A stretch of 64,000 nucleotides of DNA from Yuukianura sp. NJ FZ-2021. Lineage: Eukaryota. The notes under the pieces were generated by a model. That model did not search any database and had not been told where the DNA came from. It was given only the letters and a program-made list of their open reading frames with translations. The DNA is taken from NCBI GenBank assembly GCA_046563655.1, contig CM102289.1, positions 4,402,001-4,466,000 of the forward strand, written 5' to 3'. A program made the translations under genes and the position numbers. Shown here piece by piece: positions 26,022 through 39,600 of the stretch. Position 1 is the first letter of the stretch; each line of letters starts with the position of its first letter.

Positions 26022-29000
26022 ATGCTGGATGCTGCGGATGGAATGAATCATGAGATGAGTCTCAGGCATGAAGAACTTCTGCCCAACAACACAAGGCTCA
26101 TCATCATCCACCCTACGAGTAAGTTCAAATAATTTTCATACTGTTTTCACAATCGTGTTTCATTAACTTTTTCAAAATACCGAACTTTATCTCACCTAAA
26201 AGCTAAATTTGTTTTAAAAGGCGCCAAAACATAATTTGATTCTAGAATGTCAACGAAAATCAGCATGACGCCGGTAAATTAGATTATTTCAAGTTCCACA
26301 ATTCTCTAACAAATTGACCTACACACCCACCTATTTAAAAGTACAGCCTATGTTTCCAAAAGTTAGGTATTACGGGTATCGGCGGCATACCTGTATATTG
26401 CGATGACGCCAATACGGGTATGGAGTGTGTTTGACTTTATAGGTAAGTTAACCACCAAAACCATGTAAACCTTGACGAACCTTTTGGCTTTGTGACTGGG
26501 AGAGTGATGAGCGTGATTACAGCTTTATGAAGGAGATTCCCATTTATCAGCGTCCGAGAGAAGCAACTACTTTCTCTTATGAATCGTCTTTCTCCACACT
26601 ATCTAGCCGTTCTCCAACAACAGAAACGGAAGTTAAGATTGGTTTCTGGCACAATGAACACATGGAGTCTTTCTCCTGGAGTACATTTCATCTTCACTTA
26701 TTCAGGAGCACGACTGAAACCATCTTCATTTGTGTCTAGTGTAAGTGTATAGCGAGTATCGCCTCTACAGACGATGACAACGCATCCCAGTCTATCGGCA
26801 CGCGTCACTCGGAGGCTGCGGTGAAAGCAATTATTTCAAAAACTTCGAGATTTTTAAGAACTTTATTATTTTCAACTTTCATTTCCTTTTCCTTTCCAAC
26901 TCATATGGGGACATGCAAACATTAACGCAACTCACACATAACAGAAACGTCCCAAACTTAACGTTTGAATGTACTTTGATGACTGAAAATTTTTCTCTAG
27001 ATATTTACCATAAAAGCATTTCGTTCTTGACGTTTCGTACTCTACGTTCCCTGCACATAACAAAACCACATATGCGAACCAAACATGTTTTACTACTGGA
27101 TTGGGTTTGAGCCAACAACGTGGTGGCTAAAAGCACACAATGTGATGTGATGAATTATCGGTTTGTTGCGTGATTAAAATCGATGAAGTATGGATTCTAA
27201 TCAGGCTGTTTTATGAGCTGGAAAGCTGTTAGATGTGTGTCCCTCTGGCATAAAATTTTTACGTTTAGCTTTGTCCTTGATGGGACAAGGAGCTTATCTT
27301 TGCAAAAAAGCTCAATTTAACTGTGGGCCATAAATCGAGTAGCGCTTGGCGAGTGAGCAGATAATTTGGCAGCGCTGTTTGGCTACTGATAAGTAGTCGT
27401 GGGAAGAACGGGTGACGGCGATCGGCGTCTCCGTCGACAGAGGCGTAGGGGACTCTGCTAGAAGTCGAGAACGATGCTGGAAGTAACTATAAGCATAGTA
27501 AGCTATAGTTGGAGATGGAAGTGCCAGGTCAAATGTCAATTGGCTCCCTGGTCCCAAGCCTCTAATTCTATTGGAGATTTCCTCATTTTGTGACAAAGTG
27601 AAATGGATACTCCTGGGACAAACCTTCAAACTTTCCAGCCTGCTCCACAGTTTCCTCTGAGAGAAAGTCCGTTTTGTGCTAGAAATGGGCTTTCTAATAC
27701 ACGCCGCCAAACTACTAAAGTGCTTGCAATGCAGCGATGAGCTCGTATTCCAAAAAACGCTCAAAATTTTTGACATGAACGCTGTTTTTTGAGTTCCGAA
27801 TACTTTTTTTAAGCTTGAAACGCGTCTTTTACTTTTTCAAAATTCCGTTTTTCCTTCATCCCATGCATGAAATTTCCATCAGAAAAGTACGAAGTTAGGA
27901 TATAAAAGCTTGCAAACGAAAATTGATTTAACATTTATCTACTCCCAGCAATTTCTCTGAGGTTAACGTTAGGTTCACCTAAAATTCCCAGGTTAGATCA
28001 GCAACTTGGCCGAACCTAGTGTTTGACTTAATGCTGGAAATGGTAGCTTAGGTGTAGTTCATTTTTCTTCTGGCTTCGTACTGATTGAAATTGGGTCAGT
28101 TACATTATCTCGAGGAAAGCTGTAGTGTCTTGTAGAGGAAGTAAAATAAAATATATGGATCTCTCGGCTGGTACTACGTGATTAATAAAAGGCAGTCGAG
28201 AATTTCATGTTAATTTGTGTAGGTTTTGTGTCTAAGTGAGTCTATTGTAAAGGCTGAAGCCAAGTGAAAGGAAGTGAAACTCGGTCGTAATTCAGTCGCA
28301 AGGGAACCGTCTCACGTCCCATTCCTTCCGAAACTAACTCATTTCTCCCCATCTGATTTCGGATCTAAAACATAATTTATTACAAACTATTTTTAGAAAG
28401 GACGTTTCAGCCAGCTCTGCATTCCAATACAACTCAGCTTTGGGATTTCTTTAAGACTCAAGAAACCTATAGTGTACGAAAGTCTTCACTTTGTGTGAAA
28501 ATTATTCAATTTCTTATAGTCGATTATGAACAGTTTAATTCCAAATATTCAGTCAAGGTTATGTCTTATTTTCAAAGTTAATCTTCATAACTTCTAACTT
28601 TGTTCTCATAAACTGGAACATCACTGAAGTAGGTTTTCATTCTCTATATCCTGGGACAGGAGCTAAAACTTTTTGAAAGGAAAAGCACAGCATTATTTTA
28701 GATCTAACAAAAATCTAGACTAATAGATAGAAATAAAGTTTTATGCAAAAGTTAGGCTCCTCCTACTGAAAATCGCCCATGGAGGTAGACTGACGGTTAA
28801 CAATTTTAAATCGAGTAAAATTGTGTAGGCACCCTGTGCTTTTTTTTTTTATCAATTTCTTGTTACAAAGATTATAAACAGGTAATCGATTATAACAGGT
28901 ACTGTTATTAACAGGCGGTCAACTTTATCTACAGGATAAAAGCAGTCAAGTAAACTCAAATTTTTTCTTCAACTACAAATAACGTGTGTAGACGAAACAT

Positions 29001-30948
29001 GGAGCAGGCAAGCAAAGCCGAACAAGGAAAGCAATATTTCTCCATTTGTTTGTTCTTCTCCAAATTACTTTCAACCAAAGAAGTTTTGTGGAAAAGAAAC
29101 AGAAAAAACACAGGTTATTTGCTAAGTAAAAACACAAGACACACCTTGGCCTGGGGGATTCCGGACGTCCAGAAAACAGTCGTCTGGAACGAAGCAATTT
29201 TCTTGTGACTGATGAGACTGGATGGAAAGTTTTTATGAGGGAAAGGAGGAAATGATGCTACTTTTGGGAGGAAGGGAACGACGGGATAAATCATCAGAAA
29301 CAGAAAGTTTTTGTGCATAAAACAGGAGAGAAAGCAATAAGGAGAAAGTGCCAGGCAACGATGCATAATAAAATAAATGGAATATTAGGAGGACAGTATG
29401 AATATTACTGTAGGGGAGGTGCAGTGAGTGTCTTTTCAAGGAAAATTTAAAAAAAAAGACAGTAGAGAAAACTTTGTCAAACTTGGAATTTATTTACAAG
29501 CTGATTGATTTTTAAAGTTGAGTTTTGTTCGTTTCAACAAAAAGTTTTGAACTCCGAGTCTTAAGCTGCTCAAAAGTTGAAAAGTTGAAAGGGCGTTCCA
29601 ATTATTTGCTACTTTCTGATTTGAAAGATGAAGATTCCCTAAAACGCTTAGAACACTTTGTAAATTAGTTATCAAAACAGCTTTACTACAAATTGGTAAC
29701 AACGTTTACAAAAAATGGACGAATGTAATAATCACAGTAAAGGAAAAAAAAATCGAATATGCTAAATTCCTTAAGTTGCTTTTAAATAAGAATGAAAAGT
29801 AAAAAAAAAACTTCCTTTTTTTAAACTTGAATTTTGTGTAGGAAAGCAACAAAACAGTTTGAATTTGTTCAAACAAGCTGCATCTTCCTTGCAAGATTCG
29901 TTTGTGAAAGAGTTTTAAAGAGCAGAATAACCAAATCCAAAATAAATAATAAATTTGAATTATGTATTCCACCTGCTCCGCACAAATTCGGAAAAATGGA
30001 TTTCAAAACTGCAGCAGACGGTTTAAGTGAAGCAGGCATCTGGCGGGCAATTCAAAATGAAAAATTGATTCGATTCTTACTCACTACGTAGAGTATTTTC
30101 TGATGTTCTGGTTTTTGATGGTATCGGTCTGAAGTTTATAGAAGACGAGCTATTATTTCTCATGCGTCTCACAGTCTGGTCAAATATTTTTACCGCGCCT
30201 GCTAAATCTCATTGTCAAACATTCAGAGCACGTTTTTAAACTCACGTAATTCGGATTGAAAGAATTTGTTGAATGTTGTTCTAACGCTTGATGGCGTGTT
30301 TTGTTGGTTGTAGTAGACCCGGAGGTTGTCATTGTGCCCATTGTGTCAAGCATATTCGTCTTTCCCATCGTGGCGTTCCTTGTCATTTGTTGCCTCAAGA
30401 AAAGAGCCGCAAGAGCTCGTCGGAAAGCACGATTAGCCAAACGGTATTTCCAGTCTTTTCAAAGTACTACTTTTGACTTTATACTTTCAAAGGATGGCGG
30501 GATACTTCAGTTTGCCCTGGGGAAAACCGCATGACGATTTGCCTTTAGAAACTCTCTAGACGAAATTTCTTGTGGTGTAAACTGAGATTTCCCGCCAAAC
30601 CACAGTTCTTATGTAGTCATTTACATTTAGCTTTTGGGAACCACGTAACTTTAATGTTGTGCTAATGTTTTTCTGACTTTTCTCCCAGCGATATTCCTTA
30701 CGGCGAACAAAGTTGTGCTTCGATGGCTCGACTCAGTCCGCCGCTCAGTGGAACCAACTCGGGTAAGTTGGCGTGTGTGGACGCACTAAAGTATAAAATA
30801 GGCGGAATGGTATGAATAAATAAAAATGGATAAACATTATCATATACTTTCGGTTTTCATTGCGACTGACGATGTAGGTGGGCGTCGCTTTACCAATATT
30901 GACGTGGAACTGACAACTACTGTGGAGATTGTGACGCCTGACAGCTAA
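26022..30948 (+). CDS. Small single-pass (type III-like) membrane protein of unknown function, 123 aa (99 aa with the alternative first exon)
   Basis: Exons 26022-26118 (or 29996-30020), 30314-30443, 30689-30762 and 30878-30948 join in frame via GT-AG introns (phases 1, 2, 1). TM VVIVPIVSSIFVFPIVAFLVI followed by CC and KKRAARARRKAR. AATAAA at 31195-31200. Confidence 0.75.
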
Positions 30949-31955
30949 CATCCGGCCTACACTAGTCACGAGCCCTCCGCTGTAACTTCTCAAAGTCGCA
31001 CTTCGATCCAGAAAGACGTCGAAGCAGAAGCCGAGCTATGACCTATTAAGGAGTCGTAACCTTTGACTTTACTACGGGTGGTGCATGATGGCTTTGAGCT
31101 GAAGGGAGGTGACCAACAGTGTCTGCTAAGATGTGATGCCTATTTTTCTATACAAAAGCCCGCTACACACTGTCTAAACTCAAAACGGGACTCAAATAAA
31201 ACGTCATTTTACTTTTCTCGCCATCGTCCAAGCCTACGATATTCATCGCCATTTCGTGTGTTTTTATTACGTTTAGTTTCGTTTTAGCCTGGTCAACTTA
31301 CGGTTTTTACTAGCGGCAGTTATGAGAGAGATGACCACGTAAGTACAACTGGTCGTTTGTGCCTAAAAGTCACGAGGCCCACTTAAGTTTATGACGGCAG
31401 GCTCGTGGGGCTTGTGGTTTTAGTTGGAGTGGGCCATAAAATGGCCGCGGAATGTGTTTGCACTGCGCGCCAGTTGTAAAAATTTCCAACCAGTTGAGCA
31501 TAATTGAGAAGCGCCTATTTTTAAATCTGATTCTACTCCAACGCACCCAGCTTGAAACCATTTCAAAAACTCTACGATGTTTTTCTTCAAACCATGGAAA
31601 GCAAACACAACCAGGATTTCACATTTCGTTGACTTTTTGGAACGAAGAATAGTTTTTTTTGTTTGGAAAAACTGTTCCCTTGTGTCACTTTTTAGTCTAT
31701 GGCTTTGCATCACAAAAAACGTAAAATGAAAGGAAAATGGATAATGGATATAAAAACCAACGTCGATTTTGATGACGTTGATGCGGGTGAGTTGACGAGG
31801 CAACTGGAAAACTTCGAAAATCAACGAAAACAAACGCCTTTTGTTTTTTGTTTTCAAATGACTACGTAAAAATGAGGAAATACTATGAGCATTTTGATTA
31901 GGGAAGATAGGTAAAGTTTGGAAAACTTTTTGAATTTGAAATTATCCGCTAACTT

Positions 31956-33650
31956 ATGGCTTTTACTTTCCAAAACTGGAAGTTTTGGCGGTTTTCGGGA
32001 ACACGTTTGAAAAAGTTTGAACCGCTCAGGTGGAAGAGCAGCGATGTGAAGAAAGTAGTGAAGCTAGGAGTTCAAGGAGCGCCGTTTGAACTTGGTCAGG
32101 TACGAAATCGTAGCTTTTAATATTAGTTTTTCTTAGGTTAGAATGCCTTTTAGGCTTTGAAATAAAGCATAGATGCGGCTAACCTCAAAAATCTTTTTGG
32201 TTGAGATGTCTTTTTCGTTTGTTTTGTTTTTGAAAAAAATTTTTTTTCTGTAGACGAAGGAAGGACTGGTGATGGCACCCACTGCTCTCAGGAGTACAGA
32301 ATTTATTGATAGTTTTCGACAAGTGGGTGTGTCTGCAGCACAAAATATACTTTGCTCTTCTTTGATTTTTTTTTTCAAAAAAGCTGTTCAAGTGTTTTTT
32401 TTTCTGTTTGAAGAAAAAATTCTTTAACCTGTTTATAAAGTAACGTTTTGATGATTTTTCAGTGAAGTTGGATGTGAAGGACTATGGAGACATTGACTTT
32501 AGTCAAAAGTGTGCCTTTGCCCTTGAAGGTTCCCATTTTGGGCCCCAGTTGCACCTTCCAAGTCGCAAAACACATCGCCTCAGGGTCACCCCCTCGGTTC
32601 CGACTTTGAGAATGTCGGAAGTTGGCCAAGCAGCTCGCGAAGTAAATAATTAATACAAATTCTGTTAGGCTTTTGGACTCGGATGGAATTTCTAAAATTT
32701 TCAATTTCTTGCCCCGGGAAAATTGACTGCGGATGAATTTATATGGACCAGATTGCGTCCAGGACTGCTTCCATTTTGGAAGATGGCAGATTCCCACTGA
32801 CTCTTGGTGGAGACCACAGCATTTCCATTGGAACTGTGGCTGGCGTGGCTCAGCACTTCCCTGACCTCGGTGTCCTGTGGGTCGACGCCCACTCGGACAT
32901 CAACACCCCTCTGACGACATCTACAGGCAAAATGCACGGCATGCCCGTCGCCTTCCTCCTCAAGGAAATGATTCCGTTTCTGCCTTCATATCCGGAGTTC
33001 TCTTGGCTAGGACCTCCGTAAGCATATTCTCGTTTTTCTTCCGAAAAGTTTTAAGGTTTGCTTTTGACACAAAAAACTGAAACACAAGTTTTTCTAATTT
33101 TAGCTTGCAGGCAAGGCGACTAGTCTACATAGGCCTCCGTGATGTGGAATCATACGAAAAGTAAAAAAAATTGAACAGTTCTGTCAAGATTGTTTTTGTT
33201 TTACTCTACTTTTGGTGTAGGTCTTTTCTGGACTTGTTGGGAATCCGGATGTACTGTATGGCTCAAGTGGACAAGCTAGGTATCAACACTGTCGTAGAGC
33301 TTGCTCTGCAGCATTTAACCGAAGGTGACCCTCTGCGACCTATCCACGTTAGTTTTGACGTAGATGCGTTGGATGACGTGGAAATGCCTTGCACGGGCAC
33401 TCCTGTTCCTGGGGGATTGACCTTGCGCGAGGGAATGACCTTGATGGAACACGTCTTCTCAGAAGCTAACTTTGTGTCCATGGACGTGGTGGAGTTCAAC
33501 CCAGAACTGGGTTCTGCTTTTCAGCTTATCCGTTCTGCAAAAGCAGTGAAGGAACTGATCTTTTCCAGTTTCGGATACGACAGAGGTGGAGTGGCCGTTT
33601 TAGACAAACATGGCAACCCTACTGCTCCATTGCCCAAACCTAGAGCTTAA
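31956..33650 (+). CDS. arg: Arginase (ureohydrolase family), 6 exons, possible mitochondrial presequence
   Basis: [70 protein letters not shown] and DVVEFNP. All Mn-ligand motifs are intact. Confidence 0.95.
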
Positions 33651-36600
33651 TAAATGTCTATCTTATTTAACTAAACTAAATTGTATTTACAAAAAAGCTA
33701 CTTTTATCCTCGCCATGTTTAGTTTTGGACTCTTTTAGTTTCTTTCTTTAGAACTCTTAAGTCTCCAAATTAGTGTTTTAAAGCAATTCGTCAAAGCTAA
33801 ACACAAGGATAACGCTGCGAATAATGCGATTTGATTTCAGATTGACACAGGAGTGGATGGAAGGATGAAGAGGCCAGAAACGAGTTCCTTTTTTTTAGTC
33901 TTGCGTTGAATAAATAGCAGAGCGATTGGAATCACTATCACAGTAAAGTAAACCATTTCCATAAATTCGACTCCCAAATTGACAATTGCCTTGCAAATTT
34001 CTGTCAAATTTGGGCGCAAATTGTGTTTGGTTAGTTAGTCTGGAAAGCATAATGACTACTAAATAGCTATGTGGCCTCAGAGGCTAACAACCAACTGAAT
34101 ATGGACTTTTAGAGCCAGCGGTTTTGTTCTTAGTGCAATTGCTGTCCAGGTGAAAGTAGGATGGAGGTGAAATGGGCCATTTGGTTTCTCCGTAACAAAC
34201 ATAATGGAAGCCATACGGAGAGTGAAGTGAAAGGTTGGCCTCTCATCTGCAATAGGCCTTAATGGGAATATCAACAACCATTCAGAAGGAAATCCATAGG
34301 CACAAAGGAGATTCTTGTGCAGGTACGCCAGAAACCACTTTGGGAATGCCATAACATGGCCAGACAGACATAACCTGAATAACCTAAACAATAACCTAAA
34401 AGCCTAAACAGGGCAACTCTAAAAGCATTTCCATGACTTTATGTCCCAAACCATGAATTTATTTTCTCTCCTCCGGCTAATTTCCATTTCACTTTCCCTC
34501 TCACTTGAAAAAGCTTAAGCTTTGGGATTTGGGAGAGATTTGTCGTGAAAGAGAAAAGCTTTCATGATTTGGTTTCGTTAGGTTATTGTTTTCACAACGA
34601 CATTAGACTAAACCCATCTAACGACGACATGAGGATAAAACGATCTAACCGACATAGCCCCACTCGATCTGCTTTCAGCATAAAGTGCAAACAAACATAA
34701 AAACGGTACTACAACAGAGTGTCCAAAAATTACTTTACTTCAAAGAGCAAAAATATAAGCACAATTCAAACTACGCAAAAAAACACGATGCGAAACATAA
34801 AGTAAACGATTTTCGGTATGGTTCTAAACGCTAGAAAAATTATCGATAACCGCTATTAAACTGGCTCTCACCAATTTATATTGAACTTAATCCCGCCGTT
34901 ATTAAGAGAATTTAAGATAAACTGCCTATCCTGGGCTTGCCGTGTAAAAAACGCTTTAAATACCTAGAATGCACAAGAAACAGAACTGGAAGCTCTACTT
35001 TTTTTATTGGCACGTTAATGACCAACTTTTTTTTCGAACATGGGTGCTTGGGGGATGTTGGAATTGAGTGGTTAGGAAGTGCAGTTGGAATATTGGGGAC
35101 GTTGTTAAAGGGCACTTGGAAGTGTGACAAGAGACTTTGAGTGTTTCTTGCCAACTTTTGGAGATCGTTAATGTTTCTGTGTCTATTTTGGGCTGCAGAT
35201 TTGATCCTGCAAATAAATTCAGAGAGTAAACCCAGTGGAAGTTAAATGGGCAGAAGGAGACAAAGGCTTCAGCATTAATCACACAGTGGGACAGACACAA
35301 GACAAGCACAACTTTTTGAGTGCCAACAAACAGAAAGAAAGTGAAAGTGTTTCAACTTTCGCCCGTCATGCGAGGTCAAATCAAAGCAAAACACTTCAAA
35401 CGTTGCTACTTCCAGCCAAAATAATTTTGGCTCAAAAAGCATATTCTTTGTTTACATAATCTAGCCTTCTAGGGTTCAGGAGCTCCTCAAAAAAGCCGCA
35501 CTGCGGAGCCAAAACTGACATTATTTAAAAACACATCAACAGTTTTGACTAAGATTGGAGATGTGCATCAATAATTTACTTCACGCATGTTAATTTGTGA
35601 ATGATTTTCAAAGGGCATTGAATTTTATAAGTTATTTGAAGCACGAAATGAGATTTCTGCTATTTGTCAAATTGTTCTTTTGTGCATAAATTACTTTACG
35701 AAGTAGTGCACGGAGTTGACAGTTTTTTAATTTGGAAGAAACTTGAAAGATAGTTGGTTTGGTTAATTATAATTTTGACTCAGAAAACGAATGGAGTGGA
35801 TAGTTTCGTTCCGAAAGGAAATTTCAATTTTACACAAACGGAAAATCAAATCTCGCAGCCTGATGAAAGACTTTGTGCTTTGTACAAAGCAGAGCCTAGG
35901 AAGTACGTGCTTCCCAGGCTGTTCATCTGCATTTGACTTCTGAATTAATTAAGTAAAGTTGCCCTTGAAAGCTTCCTTTTGAACTCTCGAACAATATTGC
36001 GTAAGTTCTACTAAATTTCAAAACTGAAAAAAGAATTCCGCCAAACTTTCACATAGATTTTGCTTAGAGTTTCGCAGATATTACGCTAAAAACGTGCCAC
36101 AGTAAATTCCTTTCTCGTGTTTTAAATAAAACAGTTTCAAAGCGAATTCTTTTAAACTTCGGCTGTGTCTGGCTTTTAAGTGCGGCTTGGGCGCAGCGTA
36201 AATGGAACAAAAACAAATGCTTCCTGTTTGGCGCTTTCGTTCAAGGATGCTGACGTTAGTGTTCTTGGTCTCTGTCAAACATTGTAAAATGATGTTGATA
36301 TTTAATGTGCTCGTTGTGTTTACTTGTCTAGTTTCCGTTTGTTCCGCTACTCCGAACCTACTGCTAGGAACCTACGAGTAAATTCGAATCTTGAACTCAG
36401 TTGTCTTGTCGTCACTCTAGTCTAAATTCAATTTGGTGCTCTCACTTTCTTCATGTCGAGCGTAGTGACAAGGGACTTCCGCCACTTCCTCTTAGAATAG
36501 GCGTGAAAGAATTGTGTTTGGATTTTTATGCAACTGACAGTGACGCTAGGCAGGTTTTTCAAAAAAAAATGCCACTGCAACCACCGTCTTGACTTTACAT

Positions 36601-39600
36601 CCGAAAGAACTGGCAAATGACAGCAAAGAGAACAAGGAAAAAGGGAGAAAGCTAACGCCTGAATTGCTTTTGCATTCTCTGCTCAGATTTAGTCAGTCCT
36701 CATCTTCGCCGGGTTTAATGGGTTTTCACTTAAATTTAATGTTAAATTGTTGTATATACTTTGAACGGAACATGGCGGGTTGGCGGGAAGTACAGAAACT
36801 GATACCACTTTGTTTTACTTTTGCTAGCTAGACTTTTTTGAAATTTTTTTTGAAAGTGTTTTGAAAAAACACTTATTGTTTAAAGAAAAATGTCTTTTTA
36901 AAGTGCCCAGGGAGTACTGGGTGTCCGGGTAGTCTGTTGGAAATGCAGTACTAGGCGTGTTGTGTGATGAATTAAATGGGAATGGAGTAAGCGAAGCGGG
37001 GAATTATTCATCACCCATTCTTTTCTCCCTGGCTTTCTCCTTGCCGCACACAATGCAGTTTCACTTTCTCGAAAATGAAACCCTAGCTCAAATTTAAATC
37101 CTCCTTCTCTCGCTTTTTTAATCTCAATTTGAAATTCTCCTTTTCGAACGAGGAGAAGAGAGGATGGTTCTTTGAGCTCAGGACTAGAGCATGAATGCTT
37201 CCTTTGTGTGCATATTTGGGCTTAGATTTTGATTAAAGTTAAGGTGGATGGAGAAAGCGCGGGTACTTACCACCATTCTTAATCTGTGGAAGCAGTGGTT
37301 GGGAAAGTGCGGGAGATTTTCAAAATGAGGAGTTTGACTTCTGCACTGATGGATTAACCAATTTCCACAGGAACCTAGCCGAACTCCCCACAGGTTCATG
37401 GGGAGGCATAAATCTAGTGCCCTCACCCTTCACCAAAACGAAAACCTTCAATTTGACAAATTTCCAGTCGCTGAAATTAGGTTCGTGGCGGTGCGCCTCA
37501 TTTCACTTGCACAAAATTACATGTAGGTACTACATGTTTACAGGCATTTTAAACCAACTGGAGGCGCTTTTTTTGCGGTGGTAGCGCACAACACGGTAAC
37601 AAATTTTCTTTTTCTCCGCAATTCTTTTTTATGTCAAGATCCGTAGACATTTTAAAGCCTAAAGCAACAAGTCCAAATTGTTATTGTTCAATTACTTTAA
37701 AGTAGGAGAATAGCAAACCGTCATCTTGTAGACCCGACTAGATCAACAAAAACTGAAATGGGATTCAATAAAAATAAGAGAATTCTTATTATAATTGCGA
37801 AAAGCGGGGAGAAAGGAATAGAAGCGAGGTCAATGACCTGTGGAATGACCTCCATTAGGATAGGGAAAAAAGACAAGACATGTTTGATACTTTGTGTCCT
37901 AATGGCTTCGTGATACTTTGGATTGGGGGTTCCTTTTGCATGAACAACTCACATTGTGAACTGTCCTCAAGGGAGGGAAAAGCGGAGAGAAAGTGAATGT
38001 TTCACCGCAAATCGAAAGTCACTGAGCTCCTTCCGTGTCTTGACTTGTCCCATCAAAGTTCAATTTAGGCATCACTGCCTTCTCACATCAATTCACTAAC
38101 CACATACGTACGAGATCCCACTCTGCCATTCGAAATGAGCCATAGACTTAGAAACCTTGTAAAATAATATTTTCATTCTCCGCGCTCTCATGTGTGGAAA
38201 TGGTTTCAGGGGTGGCCAGACCCCGCACATACTATTGGGTATTGTGGAGCCCAGTTATGCCCAGGTTAGCGCCTGGAATCTCCAAACCCTGTATGCTATG
38301 CAACTCAACACGAATGACTTCGGTAAAATGCTTGATTTATTTTTTAAAAGTACTTTATTTTGGCGCTATTTTTATTGAAAGGCTATGGTACGGTATTACG
38401 TGGGAAATGGGAAATACCCGGGTTCCCGAAGTACCCGAGTGGCAACAAACCCTGGTGAAATTCGTTTTTGGCGGAAATGCTGAGAGTGAAGAAGGGAACG
38501 GGAGTGGGAGAAAAGCGAATTCCATGGAGATCCAAGACAACAGATTGAATTCCTTTCGGTTGTCTTCAAGGACTCTACTTCCACTACAATCTTTATTGGA
38601 AACAAATTCAACCGAAACCAGAAATTCCATCTAATCTCATCCACAAAACAGCGGGCAACCGGCAGCTAAGGTTAAAGGGCCAATTTCAATTTTTTGAAGT
38701 ATCCCGCCTCTCCGGAATTCCGCTCGAACTGGAGCCTAATGAAGAAAGTTGAAGCGGCCGCTGGTTTCATCTTCCCCACTTTGTATTTCTCCCTTTTCAA
38801 AGTTTCGTGTTTCAAACTTCATTTTCCAAAAGTTTGTAGATTTTTCTACAGCAAAACTCCAATCTGCAGTAGAAAAAAAATCACAGGATCTCCACGATGA
38901 TAAATATCGTCTAATATTAGTCATTCGAAAGTGTACTTGTACTTATGAAGTTTTCAGGTTTTGAAAAAGCCTTGGAGCAAAACGACTGCTTGTTCTAAAC
39001 ATTTTGTTTAGAAAAGTTTTTCCTTTTGAAAAATATGACACAGTGTGTGCGCATATGCGATGGGATTTTGTAGGAAGATGAACTGATTGTGTCGGGGAAA
39101 ACGCTGATGGTTGGGAATTTGTGAAGTTGGAGCCAACTTTCCCCTTGATTAACTCTTCCATACTTTCTCCAAATGACCAAATTCAACCACAATTCCAACA
39201 AAATTCCTCGCCCGCAATCACGTTTAGACATGGCATGTCATTGACGTAGAGACGTACCATTTATCACACTGACAGAGATGAGTTTTCGCTTTTGAGTTTA
39301 TTCTCAACTTATCCCTAGTCCCCTAACTATACTAGTAGTTGGAAACCCACGGTATTACGTAGTACATATTTTTAAACCGTGCACCGTTTGCAAAAAAAAA
39401 GTAGAAGCTACCAGGCGATGGATCGCATTACTAATTAAGTATAATTACGGAGTGTGGCAAAAGTCTAATCATCTAGTGAAGTCAAATAAAAACAATAAAC
39501 AGGAACAATATATCAAAAATAATGTAATAAATAATTTTTATAAATTAATTAAATCTATGTGAAAATTGAATCATCAAATCAAATTTGAGGACATCCTCAA

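Noticed and set aside
27312..27776. 154-aa minus-strand ORF and GC-richer block
   Set aside because: No domain, coding-like composition or splice support; it lies in the putative first intron of the small TM gene and is probably non-coding.
38190..38634. Overlapping ORFs with a possible 59-nt intron
   Set aside because: Two different frames splice equally well and neither has a recognisable motif.
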